Positions 28,506 to 39,646 of a stretch of DNA of 64,000 bases are shown piece after piece. Numbering within the stretch: the stretch's first letter is position 1; every line of letters starts with the position of its first letter. The stretch is from a virus (taxonomy: Duplodnaviria > Caudoviricetes), in the IMG/VR virus record IMGVR_UViG_3300007214_000055, positions 2,209 to 66,208 of that record. One strand, written 5' to 3'. The notes below the pieces were generated by a model, which had not been told where the DNA came from, did no database searches, and saw nothing but the letters and a program-made list of their open reading frames with translations. The translations under genes were made by a program, and so were the position numbers.

Positions 28506-31500
28506 CTCGGCGCCTCCTGCCTTACGAGCATGATTTGATTGAGGCTCTTGGCGTATCAAAAGAAGAGTATTTAGAATTTATTGCGCTTCAGGTAGCGTAC
28601 AAAGATATAAAAGAAGGTAGTGTGTTAGATATTAGAAATGATCCCGGAGTCGTAGCGCTTGTATTGACGATTATTGGTATTCTTTTTCAAGTCGTAGCAG
28701 CGTTAATAGCGCAGCCGACGCTTCCGAGCGCAGCGGAGGGGCAGCGACAAACCAGAGAGCAACGCTTTTCGCCTCGTTTTGGCTTCAACAGTACACAAGA
28801 AATTGCAAAATACGGAGATGTAGTGCCACTTGTCTATACCGATCGCACCGTCAACCCAAATGGTGGAGTGCGCATATCCGGTGCTCTTCTTTGGTCGGCA
28901 GTACAAAGTTATGGCAGCAATCAATTGCTCCAAATGCTGCTAATGCTTGCGGGTGGCGCAATCAAAGCAATTGACCCAACCAAGACTGCATTTGGTCAAA
29001 CAGGAGTAGACGATTTAACCTTTCAGAATCGCTGGATATATTTCAACCCCAATGCCACTGGCCCACTTGCATTCGCAAATGAAGTTAATTCTAGTTACGA
29101 GAGCGATCCAACCAAATATGGACAACCCACTGATAATCCCTACAAACTGCAAACAACGTTAGAGCAAAATCAAAGAGTTGATGGGTTTAGTCAGGCGTAC
29201 TCGCCATCTTCATCCAACAACTTTGGCGGATACAGCCCAGTTCCTGTAGGAGTAAAGCTTTACCTTCGTGAAGGAACTGGCAAAAAGAGTTCCATTGCTC
29301 TTGGTGTTGACGCCTACGATCTTGCGCAGTGGGTTTCTGGAGAGCGCCTGAGTCCGATCAGCGTGGGAGACAAGCTTTCAATCCTAATCGCCTCAACCAA
29401 GGATGCACCGACTGGCACAAAGTTTGCGGACGATCTCAAGAGATCAGCGATTGATGCTCGTCGCGGACTCGCGAGCAGCTTTGATGATGCTGGAATCTTT
29501 AAGCTTGGTTCTGCTAAATTCAAGATCAAGAAGATTATTGGCACCTCTACAGACGAAGGCGACTTCAAGATAGAAACGGTCTGCATCGAGCCCGGACACG
29601 CTTCTAGCGTCGCCTACTCAAATGACGAAGTTGCTGATGTATTTACTGATTACAAAGATACGGTAAGCTATAGGGATTCCAAGAAAACTTTTGATACGTT
29701 AATTGCGCTGGACCAAAGAGACGAAGTATTCCCCAAAAAAAGTATATTTGTTTCAGACATAAGCAAAACACTGCCTGGGACACAAAGATTCAATGTAAAT
29801 ACCCCAGCCGACTTGATCAAGTCCAAGCAAATCTGGAAAATTGAAACAGAGGAGGAAACCGAGGTCTCTGGAGATCGTGTGGGCAATACATACCCAGTTG
29901 CAGTCAGATACAGTTACGTGCGAGACATTACAGATGAGGAGCTGAAACTACTGAGCGCTTACAGCGATTTCCTTGAATTTCAAAGAACGGGCGCTGACAA
30001 TTTCTATTACCTAAAGGTATTTGCTCGCTACGAAGAAGCTTCTTACACAACTCTGTCGCCCTGCTCCATTGTAAATTTCTCGGTTCAGTGCCAACTCTTT
30101 AAGCGCATTTCGGGTAGACAGCGCAAGTACGGGAGCAAGGAGTATGCAGGCTATCTGGAAAGTGACAACGGCATTCAACATCGCACCGCTCTGTTTTTGC
30201 TGAAGTATAAAAAACCGTCCGAGCAGGAATGGACTTATGTGCCCGGAATCTTTGCGGCGCGCAGAGCAGCAGAACAAGATAACTTTATCTATGTAAAATT
30301 TGTGGCAGCAGTAGCAGAGATCTCTCACTGGCAATTCAAGTTCGAGGCGGTGATAGATCCTGTTTCCGAAGTCAAGACTTACGGAAGCAAACTTCGCAAT
30401 TCATATGGGCGGGTCCCTTATTTCTATCTGCAAAACTCGGGCGACAAAGCGTTGATTGAGCTTTCAGATGGGCGCCAAATTCACTACACGGGATTCATGC
30501 GAGAGGCTTCAAGCGGCTCGCTTGATGCAATGCCCCCAATCAACGAATCGCCCGCAAAAACAAATGAGTGGGACTGGTTCAGCCTAGACGCTGACACACA
30601 ACTTACTACCTCATTTGACAGGGGGCCAGAGTTTTCAATTACTGCCGTTACGGAACAGCAGCAACTTCCCTTTGACGCCTCTCTATACAAAAATCTTTCG
30701 CTAGTCGGGTTTAACATTTTCAGCGGCAAAAACCTGCAGGACATGCGTGCGCTGTCTGTATTTGCAACTGAGGGTAAGCCGGTGCGTTTGTTGCAAGATG
30801 ATGGCTCATTTTCGCCTACGCCTGACGGTCCTACCTGTTTCGCCCCAGATATTTTTCTCGATACCGTAATTGACGAAACTGATGGCATAGGTCGTTACGC
30901 CATTCCAAACACTGCTGCACTTATCAACGCAACTGTTGAAGTCTATCGCGAGCAGTTAGCAAGTATAAACATCAATCAATTAGCAATTTCCAAAAAGTTC
31001 TGTAGGGCGAACAATCTATTCATGGATTGTTTGATTGCAGATCGAGGTAGCTGGCGTGAGTTCTGGGCAACTACCGCACCCTTCAGCCTGCTTGAGTTTG
31101 CACGCATTGATGGGCAAGAAACACTTATTCCTGCCGTCCCTTACGATCCATCTACGTTCAAAATAAATCAAAAAATCAACATATCAGCACTCTTCAATCA
31201 GGGAAACATTCTTGAGGATACCTACAAAGAAGAGTTTCTCGACTTCGGTTCAAGTGTTCAAGATATTATCGCTTCTGTTGTTTATCGTTCGCTTGATGCT
31301 GATGGCATTTTTGCGATCAACAAAACAGTCTCTGTTCAACTGAGCGACACGTCAGAAAATGATGCAATCAGGGAAACGTTTGACCTATCAGCTTTTGTTA
31401 CGAACGAAAGTCAAGCGGTTATGTATGGAATGCTTCTGTGCAATTTGCGCAGATATGTTCGTAGCGGGATTGAGTTTAAGACCTTTCCGACTGCCACTCC

Positions 31501-31900
31501 TGTTTCGCCCGGCGCCTACATCTATGTGGACATTGGCCTCAATGCTTGGGATGGAATCAAAACGGGCATTGTTGAAAAAAGTGGTGTACTCAACACGCCA
31601 CTCGACAATAGCATTGCAGACAAAGAGTATTCCGTATTGCTCTACAAGAGTTCTTCTGGCGTAGTCTCGCTAAATGACGTTCTCATCGTCAACAATACAT
31701 CTGCCAATCTCACCGCCTATGAGGGTTGGCTATTTGTGTTGGGTGAGCGAACCAATCAAAAGCGTGTCTACAGAATCTCAGACGTAGAAATGGACGAAGA
31801 AGGAGAAGTCACTATTCGTGCAACCATTTTCCCTTGCGACGCCAATGGTAACGCTTTGATCGCTGATTTCAACCCAAACAATTTTACTGTGATCAGCTAG
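28502..31900 (+). CDS. Tail tip / central host-specificity protein (gpI/J-like)
   Basis: 1132 aa; RFGFNSTQEIAKYGDVVPLVY N-terminal motif; position in the tail-tip cluster. Confidence 0.72.
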   Translation: MTRRLLPYEHDLIEALGVSKEEYLEFIALQVAYKDIKEGSVLDIRNDPGVVALVLTIIGILFQVVAALIAQPTLPSAAEGQRQTREQRFSPRFGFNSTQEIAKYGDVVPLVYTDRTVNPNGGVRISGALLWSAVQSYGSNQLLQMLLMLAGGAIKAIDPTKTAFGQTGVDDLTFQNRWIYFNPNATGPLAFANEVNSSYESDPTKYGQPTDNPYKLQTTLEQNQRVDGFSQAYSPSSSNNFGGYSPVPVGVKLYLREGTGKKSSIALGVDAYDLAQWVSGERLSPISVGDKLSILIASTKDAPTGTKFADDLKRSAIDARRGLASSFDDAGIFKLGSAKFKIKKIIGTSTDEGDFKIETVCIEPGHASSVAYSNDEVADVFTDYKDTVSYRDSKKTFDTLIALDQRDEVFPKKSIFVSDISKTLPGTQRFNVNTPADLIKSKQIWKIETEEETEVSGDRVGNTYPVAVRYSYVRDITDEELKLLSAYSDFLEFQRTGADNFYYLKVFARYEEASYTTLSPCSIVNFSVQCQLFKRISGRQRKYGSKEYAGYLESDNGIQHRTALFLLKYKKPSEQEWTYVPGIFAARRAAEQDNFIYVKFVAAVAEISHWQFKFEAVIDPVSEVKTYGSKLRNSYGRVPYFYLQNSGDKALIELSDGRQIHYTGFMREASSGSLDAMPPINESPAKTNEWDWFSLDADTQLTTSFDRGPEFSITAVTEQQQLPFDASLYKNLSLVGFNIFSGKNLQDMRALSVFATEGKPVRLLQDDGSFSPTPDGPTCFAPDIFLDTVIDETDGIGRYAIPNTAALINATVEVYREQLASININQLAISKKFCRANNLFMDCLIADRGSWREFWATTAPFSLLEFARIDGQETLIPAVPYDPSTFKINQKINISALFNQGNILEDTYKEEFLDFGSSVQDIIASVVYRSLDADGIFAINKTVSVQLSDTSENDAIRETFDLSAFVTNESQAVMYGMLLCNLRRYVRSGIEFKTFPTATPVSPGAYIYVDIGLNAWDGIKTGIVEKSGVLNTPLDNSIADKEYSVLLYKSSSGVVSLNDVLIVNNTSANLTAYEGWLFVLGERTNQKRVYRISDVEMDEEGEVTIRATIFPCDANGNALIADFNPNNFTVIS

Positions 31901-31926
31901 ACTCAGACTATTGATCGTTTCCTGCG

Positions 31927-32421
31927 ATGGCTTTCTATACAGGGCGCACGGGGGCATTGTATTTGATCTCAGCGGGCTCGGGTGACGCGACTCCGACCGC
32001 CCCAGAGAAGGTCCTGAAGCTGCGTGATTGGACCCTGGATACCACTCTGGAGCTGCTGGAGACCACGACACTGGACACTGCTGTCAAGACCTACACGCCG
32101 GGCGTTGTCAGCTCTACAGGGGGTGCCACGGTGCTTTACTACCGCCGCGAGGGTTCCACTAGCTCCGAGCCTGGGACGCAGTTCGATCAGCTCCTGGGCA
32201 GGTTGATGAAGTCCTCCGAGATCGGTGTCACCGAGAACGATCGCGTCGGAATTGTTCTTCGTGCAGGCACGCAAACAGGTAGTGCGTCTGACATCAAAGA
32301 TGACATTGCTTTCAACGCCTACATCACAAACTCATCGCTTCGTGTCAGCACCTCTGAGCTGACTTCTGTTGCGATTCAGTTCACTGTTGACGGTCCGTTT
32401 AGGGAGCTTGTTGACGCATGA
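31927..32421 (+). CDS. Tail tube-fold minor tail protein
   Basis: YTGRTG...LRDWTLDTTLELLETTTL...AIQFTVDG resembles tube-protein strand pattern. Confidence 0.5.
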   Translation: MAFYTGRTGALYLISAGSGDATPTAPEKVLKLRDWTLDTTLELLETTTLDTAVKTYTPGVVSSTGGATVLYYRREGSTSSEPGTQFDQLLGRLMKSSEIGVTENDRVGIVLRAGTQTGSASDIKDDIAFNAYITNSSLRVSTSELTSVAIQFTVDGPFRELVDA

Positions 32422-33290
32422 CCTTCTTTTTAGGGCACTACGGAAAAATCAAACTCAGTCGTAAGTCAAAGCTCACGATTGAGACTTTTGTCGCCCCTGC
32501 TGACATTAACACAACACTGAATCGCTTCAGTTTTGATGAAGCTGTTGATAACATATACACTGGCGATCAAATTGTCATAACGACTGAGGATGCTCGCAAG
32601 CTTGACTTCATTCCTGCATCAAGCTGGGAAGACGGCAGCAATGTCACTCAAAATGAGTTTGTCGCCTACTGCAATGTAAACAGCATCGGTGGCATTCGTC
32701 TTTTTGACAATTTTGCAGCAGCGATTAACAATGATCGCACTCAAGAGTATCCGCTTGAGACGTTTGCTGGTAGCCCCTTACCTGTAACCGTTCGCCTATA
32801 TGGGGCCACTGAACGCCTGCTGGGAGACGTAACGGGTTACACATTTAACACAGACAGAGAATCGCTGGATACAACAGTGATGTCTGACAAATTCAAAAGT
32901 CTTTACTCGGCTGGTATTCTTTCTGGTTCTGGCACTATTGATTGTTTGTTTAGCGCCGTTAGCAGTGGGCTTTCGGAGAACTCATTATTGATGCTGCAGC
33001 TTATTATGCGCACAGATGTGGGAAGTGATTTTAAGTGTTACTTGCAACTCAACGAAAGTGAAGCTGGCGACGAGACGCCAAGTGTTTACTATGAGTTTGA
33101 CGCTATGATCATCAAAACAGGAATTGAGGTTCGAGCGGATCAGGTTATCACCTGCGCCATCGACTTTGCTACAACTGGTGAGATTAGATTGGTTGTTGGA
33201 CAGCCGTCTGGATACCTACTCAAAGAAGACACTGATCGCATTCGCCTGCAACAGGGTCTCGATTTTCTTCTGACTGAAGTAACTGACTAA
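32418..33290 (+). CDS. Tail tube-fold minor tail protein
   Basis: C-terminal half (VTGYTFNTDRESLDTT...IDFATTGEI) parallels the preceding gene. Confidence 0.5.
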   Translation: MTFFLGHYGKIKLSRKSKLTIETFVAPADINTTLNRFSFDEAVDNIYTGDQIVITTEDARKLDFIPASSWEDGSNVTQNEFVAYCNVNSIGGIRLFDNFAAAINNDRTQEYPLETFAGSPLPVTVRLYGATERLLGDVTGYTFNTDRESLDTTVMSDKFKSLYSAGILSGSGTIDCLFSAVSSGLSENSLLMLQLIMRTDVGSDFKCYLQLNESEAGDETPSVYYEFDAMIIKTGIEVRADQVITCAIDFATTGEIRLVVGQPSGYLLKEDTDRIRLQQGLDFLLTEVTD

Positions 33291-33322
33291 ACTGCGGGAA
33301 GCACCCAGTAGAGGAAGCTTCC

Positions 33323-36300
33323 GTGGCGGATCAGCGCATCACCCAACTGCAGCCCCTGACCGAAGCCGAGGTCGCTGCAACCGATGTTCTCCCGATTGTA
33401 GATATTTCTGCGAGTGAAAACAAAAAGGTCACTGCAAAGGATTTGTTTGAAGCGGGCGCCGCTCTTGCTGACAATTCCAGCATTGACATTGCCAAGATCA
33501 ATCAATCTAGCGCTACAAAGCTTGGCAGCAATGCGATTGCAGCTAGTGCTATAACAGCAGCAAAGTTGGCTGCAGACAGTGCAATTGTATATGACAGTGT
33601 TGAACCAGCTACAAATAACTTCAGGGGGCGTGGCTTTGTTAATAGCACAGACAAAAATCTGAAAGTCTACGATGGCGCAGCTTATCAGCAAGTGATACTG
33701 CCCACTGCGGGCCTTGTTGATGATGCCGTAACAACGATAAAAATTGTTGATGGTGCCATCACTACCGCCAAAATTGATCCAGCCGGTCTGACCACTGCTG
33801 GTATCGCTGATCTGGCAATTACGGGTGCAAAGCTTGCAAACTCGACTATCACGTCAGGTAAGTTTGCAACTGGCGCCGTCAATTCAACTGCTATAGAAGA
33901 TCTCGCGGTTAGCTCTGCAAAGCTTGCCGATAGTGCTGTAATCACACAGAAGATCAATGCTGGTGCGGTCACGGGCGTAAAGCTTGCAGCCAACTCAGCG
34001 ACAGTCATTGCCGCCACTCCTCCAGCCGGTAACGGCAGCTTCACAGGACAGCAGTGGTTCAACACCGCGAATGGCGTAGCTCACGCCTGGGATGGCTCCC
34101 AGTGGCTGCTGCAACAAGGCGTTCAAAGCATTGTTTTTAGCGATACGACACCGCTTTCGTTTTCAAGTGCGGTTGTGGCTGGCGTTGCAACCATTACTTC
34201 GCAGATGGAGCAACAGGCGGCCACCCATGTGCTTGCCGGTCCAACTGCTGGAGCCAATGCGGTTCCCACATTCCGAGCCCTTGTCGGAACCGATCTTCCA
34301 ATTGCCACTTCTGTTGATGTAGGTGTAGTCAAGCCAGGAACGGGAATCACTGTTGATGGCAATGGCGTACTGAATCACACCAACTCCGTCGCCCCAGGCA
34401 CCTATACAAAAGTCACTGTTGACGGACAGGGACATGTTTCCGCTGGCACCACTTTGGTTGCGGCTGACATTCCAGAGCTTGCTGCAGAAAAAATTACATC
34501 TGGAACACTGTCAACCGCGCTGATTGGAACCAACTCAATTGCGGGCATAAAGCTTGCAGATGCAAGCACCACACTATTTGGAGGCGCTGGAAGCACAAGC
34601 GGTGTCGTAACTTTTCCTTCCGCCCAATTCAAGGGACAACACTTCTTCGACGAGATCAACGAAGATCTCTACCTCTGGTCTGGTTCTGCATGGCTGCCGA
34701 TTACAATTACATCTGGAGAACTTGTCTACGCGGGAACATACAATGCAAGCACAAATCTTGTCGTGTCTCGGACTTCTGCAGGTAGTGCTGCTGGCTTTAC
34801 GCTAAATGCAGCGCTACCTGCCGCTAGCGCTACAAACAATCGCTATTACGTTGTTGTTTCCACTGCTGGAACAGGTACTGGTCAGGCTCCTCCAGTTGCG
34901 CTTGCGCCACCGGATCTAATTCTTAGCAATGGCACAACATGGGACTTGATTGATGTTTCTAACACGCTGACTGGGACAATTGTAGCCAGCAATGTGAGCT
35001 TTACGCCATATGGCGAACCTGGCGGAATCTCCGCAAGTAATGTACAGGCTGCAATTCAAGAGCTTCAGGATGAGAAGCTAGGGGTTGCCGGGGGCGTCAT
35101 TACTGGAGCCCTTGAAATTGGAAGCACTGGCTCTCTTGTATTCGAGGGCTCAACTGCAGACGGCAATGAAACAACACTTGCAGTTGTAAATCCAACAGCA
35201 GATCGCACCATTACGCTTCCAAACCAAAGTGGCAACGTACTCGTGTCGGGCAACGCCAGCATTGTCAATGCTGACATCAGTGCAAGTGCTGCCATCGCAG
35301 ACACAAAGCTTGCAACCATTTCCACCGCAAACAAAGTAGATCTTAGCGCTGTAGCGATTAGTGGCGCTTCAGGCGTTGACGGTGTTTTAGTGGACTCGGA
35401 TCTTTTCCCTGTTTGCGATCTGAGTGCGAGCATAAATGGGCGTGTTTCGCTGCTAACGTTAAGACAGAAGGGCTATGCCGGCGTTAGTGGTGATATAACA
35501 ATAAACAGTAGCGGCGTTGCTGCTATTTCGGGGGGGTCAATTGTAGATGCCGATATTAATAGCTCCGCCGGCATTGCAGTCAGCAAACTTAGTGTTGGAT
35601 TCTTACCTGCGGTACCACGGCGACTTCTTCAAACTAACGCTGGCGGCACCGCCGCTGAATGGACCAGCAACGTAGACATTCCCGGCACGCTGGACGTCAC
35701 CGGTGCCACCATTCTCGATTCCACCCTGGTCGTTGCGGGTGCCATCACAGCCTCCAGCAACGTCACCCTGAACGCCCAGGCTGACCTTCGCTGGGCAGAT
35801 GCTGACAGCAGCAACTGGGTCGCCTTCCAGGCCCCGAGCACGGTCAACGCCAACGTCACCTGGACACTCCCTGCCGCCGACGGCACCGCCCAGCAGGCGC
35901 TCATCACCAACGGGTCCGGGACACTGTCTTTCGCCAATGCAGGGGGCGCTTATTACTACAGACTCGACGCCAATCTTGCATTGCAGAATCTGAACACCGC
36001 CCAAGATGTACTTGGGGTCGGTGTTGCATTGCTTGCAAATACTGTGTATGAGTTTGAGGCAGTAATTGCATTGCAGCGCCCAAGCGCCAGCTTCAGCACG
36101 CATTCAATTGGCTTTGGGTTGGCGGAATTGAATGGGCTCACAGTTAATAATGTTGCCTATTATGCAAATGGAACTCACGGAACTACGGCTGGGGTTGTGG
36201 CTCCAGACGCCTGTATGTACACGAGTACCACTGCAAATACCGCAATTACTCCGACTATTTCTGCGTCTACGGGTGCTTTGTACCTGCGCACCGTGATAAA

Positions 36301-36463
36301 AGGTACAATTTCTGTAAACGCAGCTGGCACGCTCAAACCACAAGTTACATTTTCAACAGCGCCTGGCTCTACGCAGGTGTACTCAACGCAGCTCGGCTCT
36401 TTCTTTAAGATTTGGCCCATCGGCGCTGCGGGATCTAACAGTTCTGCTGGTACTTGGGCCTGA
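33323..36463 (+). CDS. Tail fibre protein
   Basis: ADQRITQL N-terminus, AVTxxKIA repeats, YTKVTVDGQGHV motif. Confidence 0.8.
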   Translation: MADQRITQLQPLTEAEVAATDVLPIVDISASENKKVTAKDLFEAGAALADNSSIDIAKINQSSATKLGSNAIAASAITAAKLAADSAIVYDSVEPATNNFRGRGFVNSTDKNLKVYDGAAYQQVILPTAGLVDDAVTTIKIVDGAITTAKIDPAGLTTAGIADLAITGAKLANSTITSGKFATGAVNSTAIEDLAVSSAKLADSAVITQKINAGAVTGVKLAANSATVIAATPPAGNGSFTGQQWFNTANGVAHAWDGSQWLLQQGVQSIVFSDTTPLSFSSAVVAGVATITSQMEQQAATHVLAGPTAGANAVPTFRALVGTDLPIATSVDVGVVKPGTGITVDGNGVLNHTNSVAPGTYTKVTVDGQGHVSAGTTLVAADIPELAAEKITSGTLSTALIGTNSIAGIKLADASTTLFGGAGSTSGVVTFPSAQFKGQHFFDEINEDLYLWSGSAWLPITITSGELVYAGTYNASTNLVVSRTSAGSAAGFTLNAALPAASATNNRYYVVVSTAGTGTGQAPPVALAPPDLILSNGTTWDLIDVSNTLTGTIVASNVSFTPYGEPGGISASNVQAAIQELQDEKLGVAGGVITGALEIGSTGSLVFEGSTADGNETTLAVVNPTADRTITLPNQSGNVLVSGNASIVNADISASAAIADTKLATISTANKVDLSAVAISGASGVDGVLVDSDLFPVCDLSASINGRVSLLTLRQKGYAGVSGDITINSSGVAAISGGSIVDADINSSAGIAVSKLSVGFLPAVPRRLLQTNAGGTAAEWTSNVDIPGTLDVTGATILDSTLVVAGAITASSNVTLNAQADLRWADADSSNWVAFQAPSTVNANVTWTLPAADGTAQQALITNGSGTLSFANAGGAYYYRLDANLALQNLNTAQDVLGVGVALLANTVYEFEAVIALQRPSASFSTHSIGFGLAELNGLTVNNVAYYANGTHGTTAGVVAPDACMYTSTTANTAITPTISASTGALYLRTVIKGTISVNAAGTLKPQVTFSTAPGSTQVYSTQLGSFFKIWPIGAAGSNSSAGTWA

Positions 36464-36492
36464 TCTAGACTGACCTTACGAGCTTTCCTCCC

Positions 36493-37077
36493 ATGATCTA
36501 CCCCGCTGAGTACAACATCACGATTCTGCAGAATGCAACCTGGCGCGGAACATTTCGCGCTACACAGAATCGCAAGGATCTAACGAGTATCACCATTGCA
36601 GGCACTACGCCTACTTTTAACAAGGCGTGTCATGGGCTTGTTGCTGGTGACAAAGTTGTGTTTACGGGAGGAACCTCCATTCCCTGTGGTTTGACACTCA
36701 ATGCTATCTATTACGTTATCAGCACTGGGCTAACCACGAGTGCGTTTCAGGTATCTGCAACGAGCGGTGGTGCTTCGATTTCGGTTTCGGGTGAAGCCAC
36801 GGGTACTTTTTATGTCGCCACTCCGCTGGACATCACTGGTTATACGGTAGATGCAGACGTGAAAGGATTAATCGACAACGTACAAGTTGCTACGTTTACG
36901 CCAACAATCGTAGATGCAGTAAATGGAGAGTTTCGTCTTGTTATGACTCCCGCCACGTCGTCAGGCTTAGAGGTTGGTCGTTTTGGGTGGGATGTATCGC
37001 TGACCCAAGGCAGTGGGGAGCGTTACTATTGGCTTACAGGCGTTGCCACTGTTCAGCGCACGTACTCACGCACTTAA
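36493..37077 (+). CDS. Tail/baseplate-associated protein
   Basis: YNITILQNATW...DITGYTV...WDVSL...YWLTG (BppU-like pattern). Confidence 0.55.
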   Translation: MIYPAEYNITILQNATWRGTFRATQNRKDLTSITIAGTTPTFNKACHGLVAGDKVVFTGGTSIPCGLTLNAIYYVISTGLTTSAFQVSATSGGASISVSGEATGTFYVATPLDITGYTVDADVKGLIDNVQVATFTPTIVDAVNGEFRLVMTPATSSGLEVGRFGWDVSLTQGSGERYYWLTGVATVQRTYSRT

Positions 37078-37080
37078 GTC

Positions 37081-38997
37081 ATGGCTGACGTACAAATTGC
37101 GATCATTGATCAACAAAATACTCAGATCGCACTTGCTGCGCCACCAGAGACTCAGGTAACTGCTGCTGTTCCAGGCGTGCAAGGCCCCAAGGGCGAGGGC
37201 GTTCCCACTGGTGGCACCGCCAATCAGGTGCTGTTCAAGCAGAGCAGCACCAATTACGACACCGCCTGGGGCGCCATCACGAGCGCGATGATCGGTGATC
37301 TGCAGATCGTTGATGGCGATGTCAGCACGACGGCTGCGATTGCTGGTACGAAGATCAGTCCCAACTTTGGTGCGCAGAACGTTGTCACGACTGGCACGAG
37401 CACAGCAGCCAGTTTCATTCCTACCAGCAGCAGTGTCCCCACAAACGGGGTTTATCTACCTGCTGCAAACAGCGTAGCCATCTCGACTAATGGCACGGGG
37501 CGGTTGTTTGTTGATGCAAGTGGGAATGTTGGGGTAGGGACTTCTGCGCCTGCCAATGGAAGACTCAACGTTTCAAGCGCAACCAACCAAATCACGGTTG
37601 ATACCACAGATACGACCACTTACGGAAGATTGGACATTGGCCATTTTGCAAATGGCGCTTTCATCGGTACATATGCAGGCTCCAACACCGCCTCTGATTT
37701 ACTTCGATTTGGCACCGGTGGCACAGAACGCCTCCGCATCACCTCCGCCGGCCTCGTAGGCATAGGGACTAGCAGCCCCAGTGTCGCTCTTGATGTTGTT
37801 GGACAAATCAAAACTTCACTGCTTTTTAACGTCAATGGGGAAGGATATATTCGTGGAGATGCTGTTGGCGAACTAAGGCTTCAAAGCGGTACATCCGGAA
37901 CTGCCTTCAGAAATAATGCTAATAATGCAACTCGTCTATACATTACTGATGCAGGGCTAGTAGGGATTGGCACTACGAGTCCTATTTCGAACCTACACGT
38001 TGTTAATCCAACAACCACAGCAGAAATATCCCTAAGTGGCGGTACAACTGCTGCCAGCTATTCTCAACTTGGTTTTTACGGAAGCACTACTCGCAACGCT
38101 GAAATTGCAGCAAATAGCGCGTTTCTAACACTCACTCACCAAAATTCCGGCGTTGTTCGCGTAGAAACAGGGGGCACCGAACGCGCCCGCATCGACAGCT
38201 CCGGCAGGCTCTTAGTGGGGACGTCTTCGAGTATTGGCGGAGAAAGCCTTCAGATCTCCAATGGCACCACTGCCGACACTCTTGGTCTGTATAACAGCAC
38301 CTCAAGTATTGCCGGAGCAGGCACAACAATCAACTTCCGTACTGATGGCGGTGCAACTGGAAGACTTCAAGCATCTATAGCCGGATTGCAAGAAGCCGCT
38401 TACGCGAGCGGCGGAAGATTAGTGTTCAGCACTACCGCCGACGGGGCGAGTTCTCCGACGGAGCGGATGAGGATTACGAATGCAGGTCTTCATTACTTCA
38501 TGGCAAATGGTAATGACACAACCCGCATTCAAAATACTGCGGCAGCCGGAACAGTTACCTCATTTCTTGCTGCTTACCATTCTTCTACCGCTGGCACTGT
38601 TAATACTGGCACCTTATCGCTAAACATAACGACCAATGGAAATATTACAAATACCAACAACTCCTACGGCGCTATCTCCGATATCAAGCTGAAGGAGAAC
38701 ATCGTTGATGCCAACTCTCAGTGGGATGATCTAAAGGCTCTGCAAGTTCGCAACTACAACTTCAAAGAAGGCCAGACGCACACTCAGATCGGTCTTGTTG
38801 CTCAAGAAGTTGAATTTGTCTCCCCTGGCCTTGTCAGTGAATCCCCTGACCGCGACGAAGAAGGCAACGATCTCGGCACCGTTACCAAATCGGTCAACTA
38901 CTCGGTGCTCTACATGAAGGCCGTGAAGGCGCTTCAGGAAGCAATGGAGCGAATCGAGCAACTGGAGGCTGATGTAGCTGCACTCAAAGCTCAGTAG
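37081..38997 (+). CDS. Tail fibre/spike with C-terminal intramolecular chaperone (peptidase S74)
   Basis: Repeated ERxRITSAGLVGIGT units; SDIKLKENI...QIGLVAQEV...VKALQEAMERIEQLE. Confidence 0.88.
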   Translation: MADVQIAIIDQQNTQIALAAPPETQVTAAVPGVQGPKGEGVPTGGTANQVLFKQSSTNYDTAWGAITSAMIGDLQIVDGDVSTTAAIAGTKISPNFGAQNVVTTGTSTAASFIPTSSSVPTNGVYLPAANSVAISTNGTGRLFVDASGNVGVGTSAPANGRLNVSSATNQITVDTTDTTTYGRLDIGHFANGAFIGTYAGSNTASDLLRFGTGGTERLRITSAGLVGIGTSSPSVALDVVGQIKTSLLFNVNGEGYIRGDAVGELRLQSGTSGTAFRNNANNATRLYITDAGLVGIGTTSPISNLHVVNPTTTAEISLSGGTTAASYSQLGFYGSTTRNAEIAANSAFLTLTHQNSGVVRVETGGTERARIDSSGRLLVGTSSSIGGESLQISNGTTADTLGLYNSTSSIAGAGTTINFRTDGGATGRLQASIAGLQEAAYASGGRLVFSTTADGASSPTERMRITNAGLHYFMANGNDTTRIQNTAAAGTVTSFLAAYHSSTAGTVNTGTLSLNITTNGNITNTNNSYGAISDIKLKENIVDANSQWDDLKALQVRNYNFKEGQTHTQIGLVAQEVEFVSPGLVSESPDRDEEGNDLGTVTKSVNYSVLYMKAVKALQEAMERIEQLEADVAALKAQ

Positions 38998-39087
38998 TCC
39001 ATGTCGTTACTGGTCCTAGCCAAGCATTAAATTGCCCCCAGACCTAGGCCTGAGGGCGCAGCAGCATCGTGACGCTCATCAACTTTC

Positions 39088-39285
39088 ATGCAAACGCTCA
39101 ATCAGCACAATCAGCAAGCGCTCAACGCATTTCACCTACATACTCATTCACGCCCCAATGGAATCGCCTGTCCCGAATGCCAACACGAACTTGTTGATTC
39201 AAGCCCTCAAGTTTGTCTTACAAGTTGGCCCCCGCAGTATCAAGTGCATTGCCCAGGCTGCAACTACAGCGGCTACCGCTACTGA
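39088..39285 (+). CDS. Zn-ribbon hypothetical protein
   Basis: CPEC...CPGC. Confidence 0.55.
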   Translation: MQTLNQHNQQALNAFHLHTHSRPNGIACPECQHELVDSSPQVCLTSWPPQYQVHCPGCNYSGYRY

Positions 39286-39331
39286 TCTTTGACATCTGAG
39301 CTACAATCTCTCTGTCCCCTCCTATCGCATC

Positions 39332-39646
39332 ATGTCCACCACGTTTGAATGGGCGGTTTCCACTCTCGAACGCTCCACGGCGGACGGCGTTGTGCAGACG
39401 ATTCACTACACGGTCAACGCCAAGACCGACGCCTATTCCACAGGTGCTTATGGCAGTCTGGGGCTCGAAGCACCCGACCCTGATTCGATGGTGCCCTACA
39501 GCGATCTGACGCCTGAACTGTGCGTGCAATGGGTCAAAGACAAGCTTGGCGACGAGAAGGTTGCCGAGGTCGAAGCTGCCCTGCAGGCCCAGCTCGACGA
39601 AATGCACGCCCCCACCCGCGCTGCAGGCGTGCCGTGGAGCGCTTGA
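39332..39646 (+). CDS. Tail fibre assembly-like protein (cyanophage type)
   Basis: MSTTFEWAVSTLER...VVQTIHY...VQWVKDKLG, typically found after fibre genes. Confidence 0.65.
   Translation: MSTTFEWAVSTLERSTADGVVQTIHYTVNAKTDAYSTGAYGSLGLEAPDPDSMVPYSDLTPELCVQWVKDKLGDEKVAEVEAALQAQLDEMHAPTRAAGVPWSA

Noticed and set aside
37081-38997. Diversity-generating retroelement acting on the tail fibre
   Set aside because: No reverse transcriptase and no template/variable repeat pair; the internal repeats are ordinary fibre repeats.
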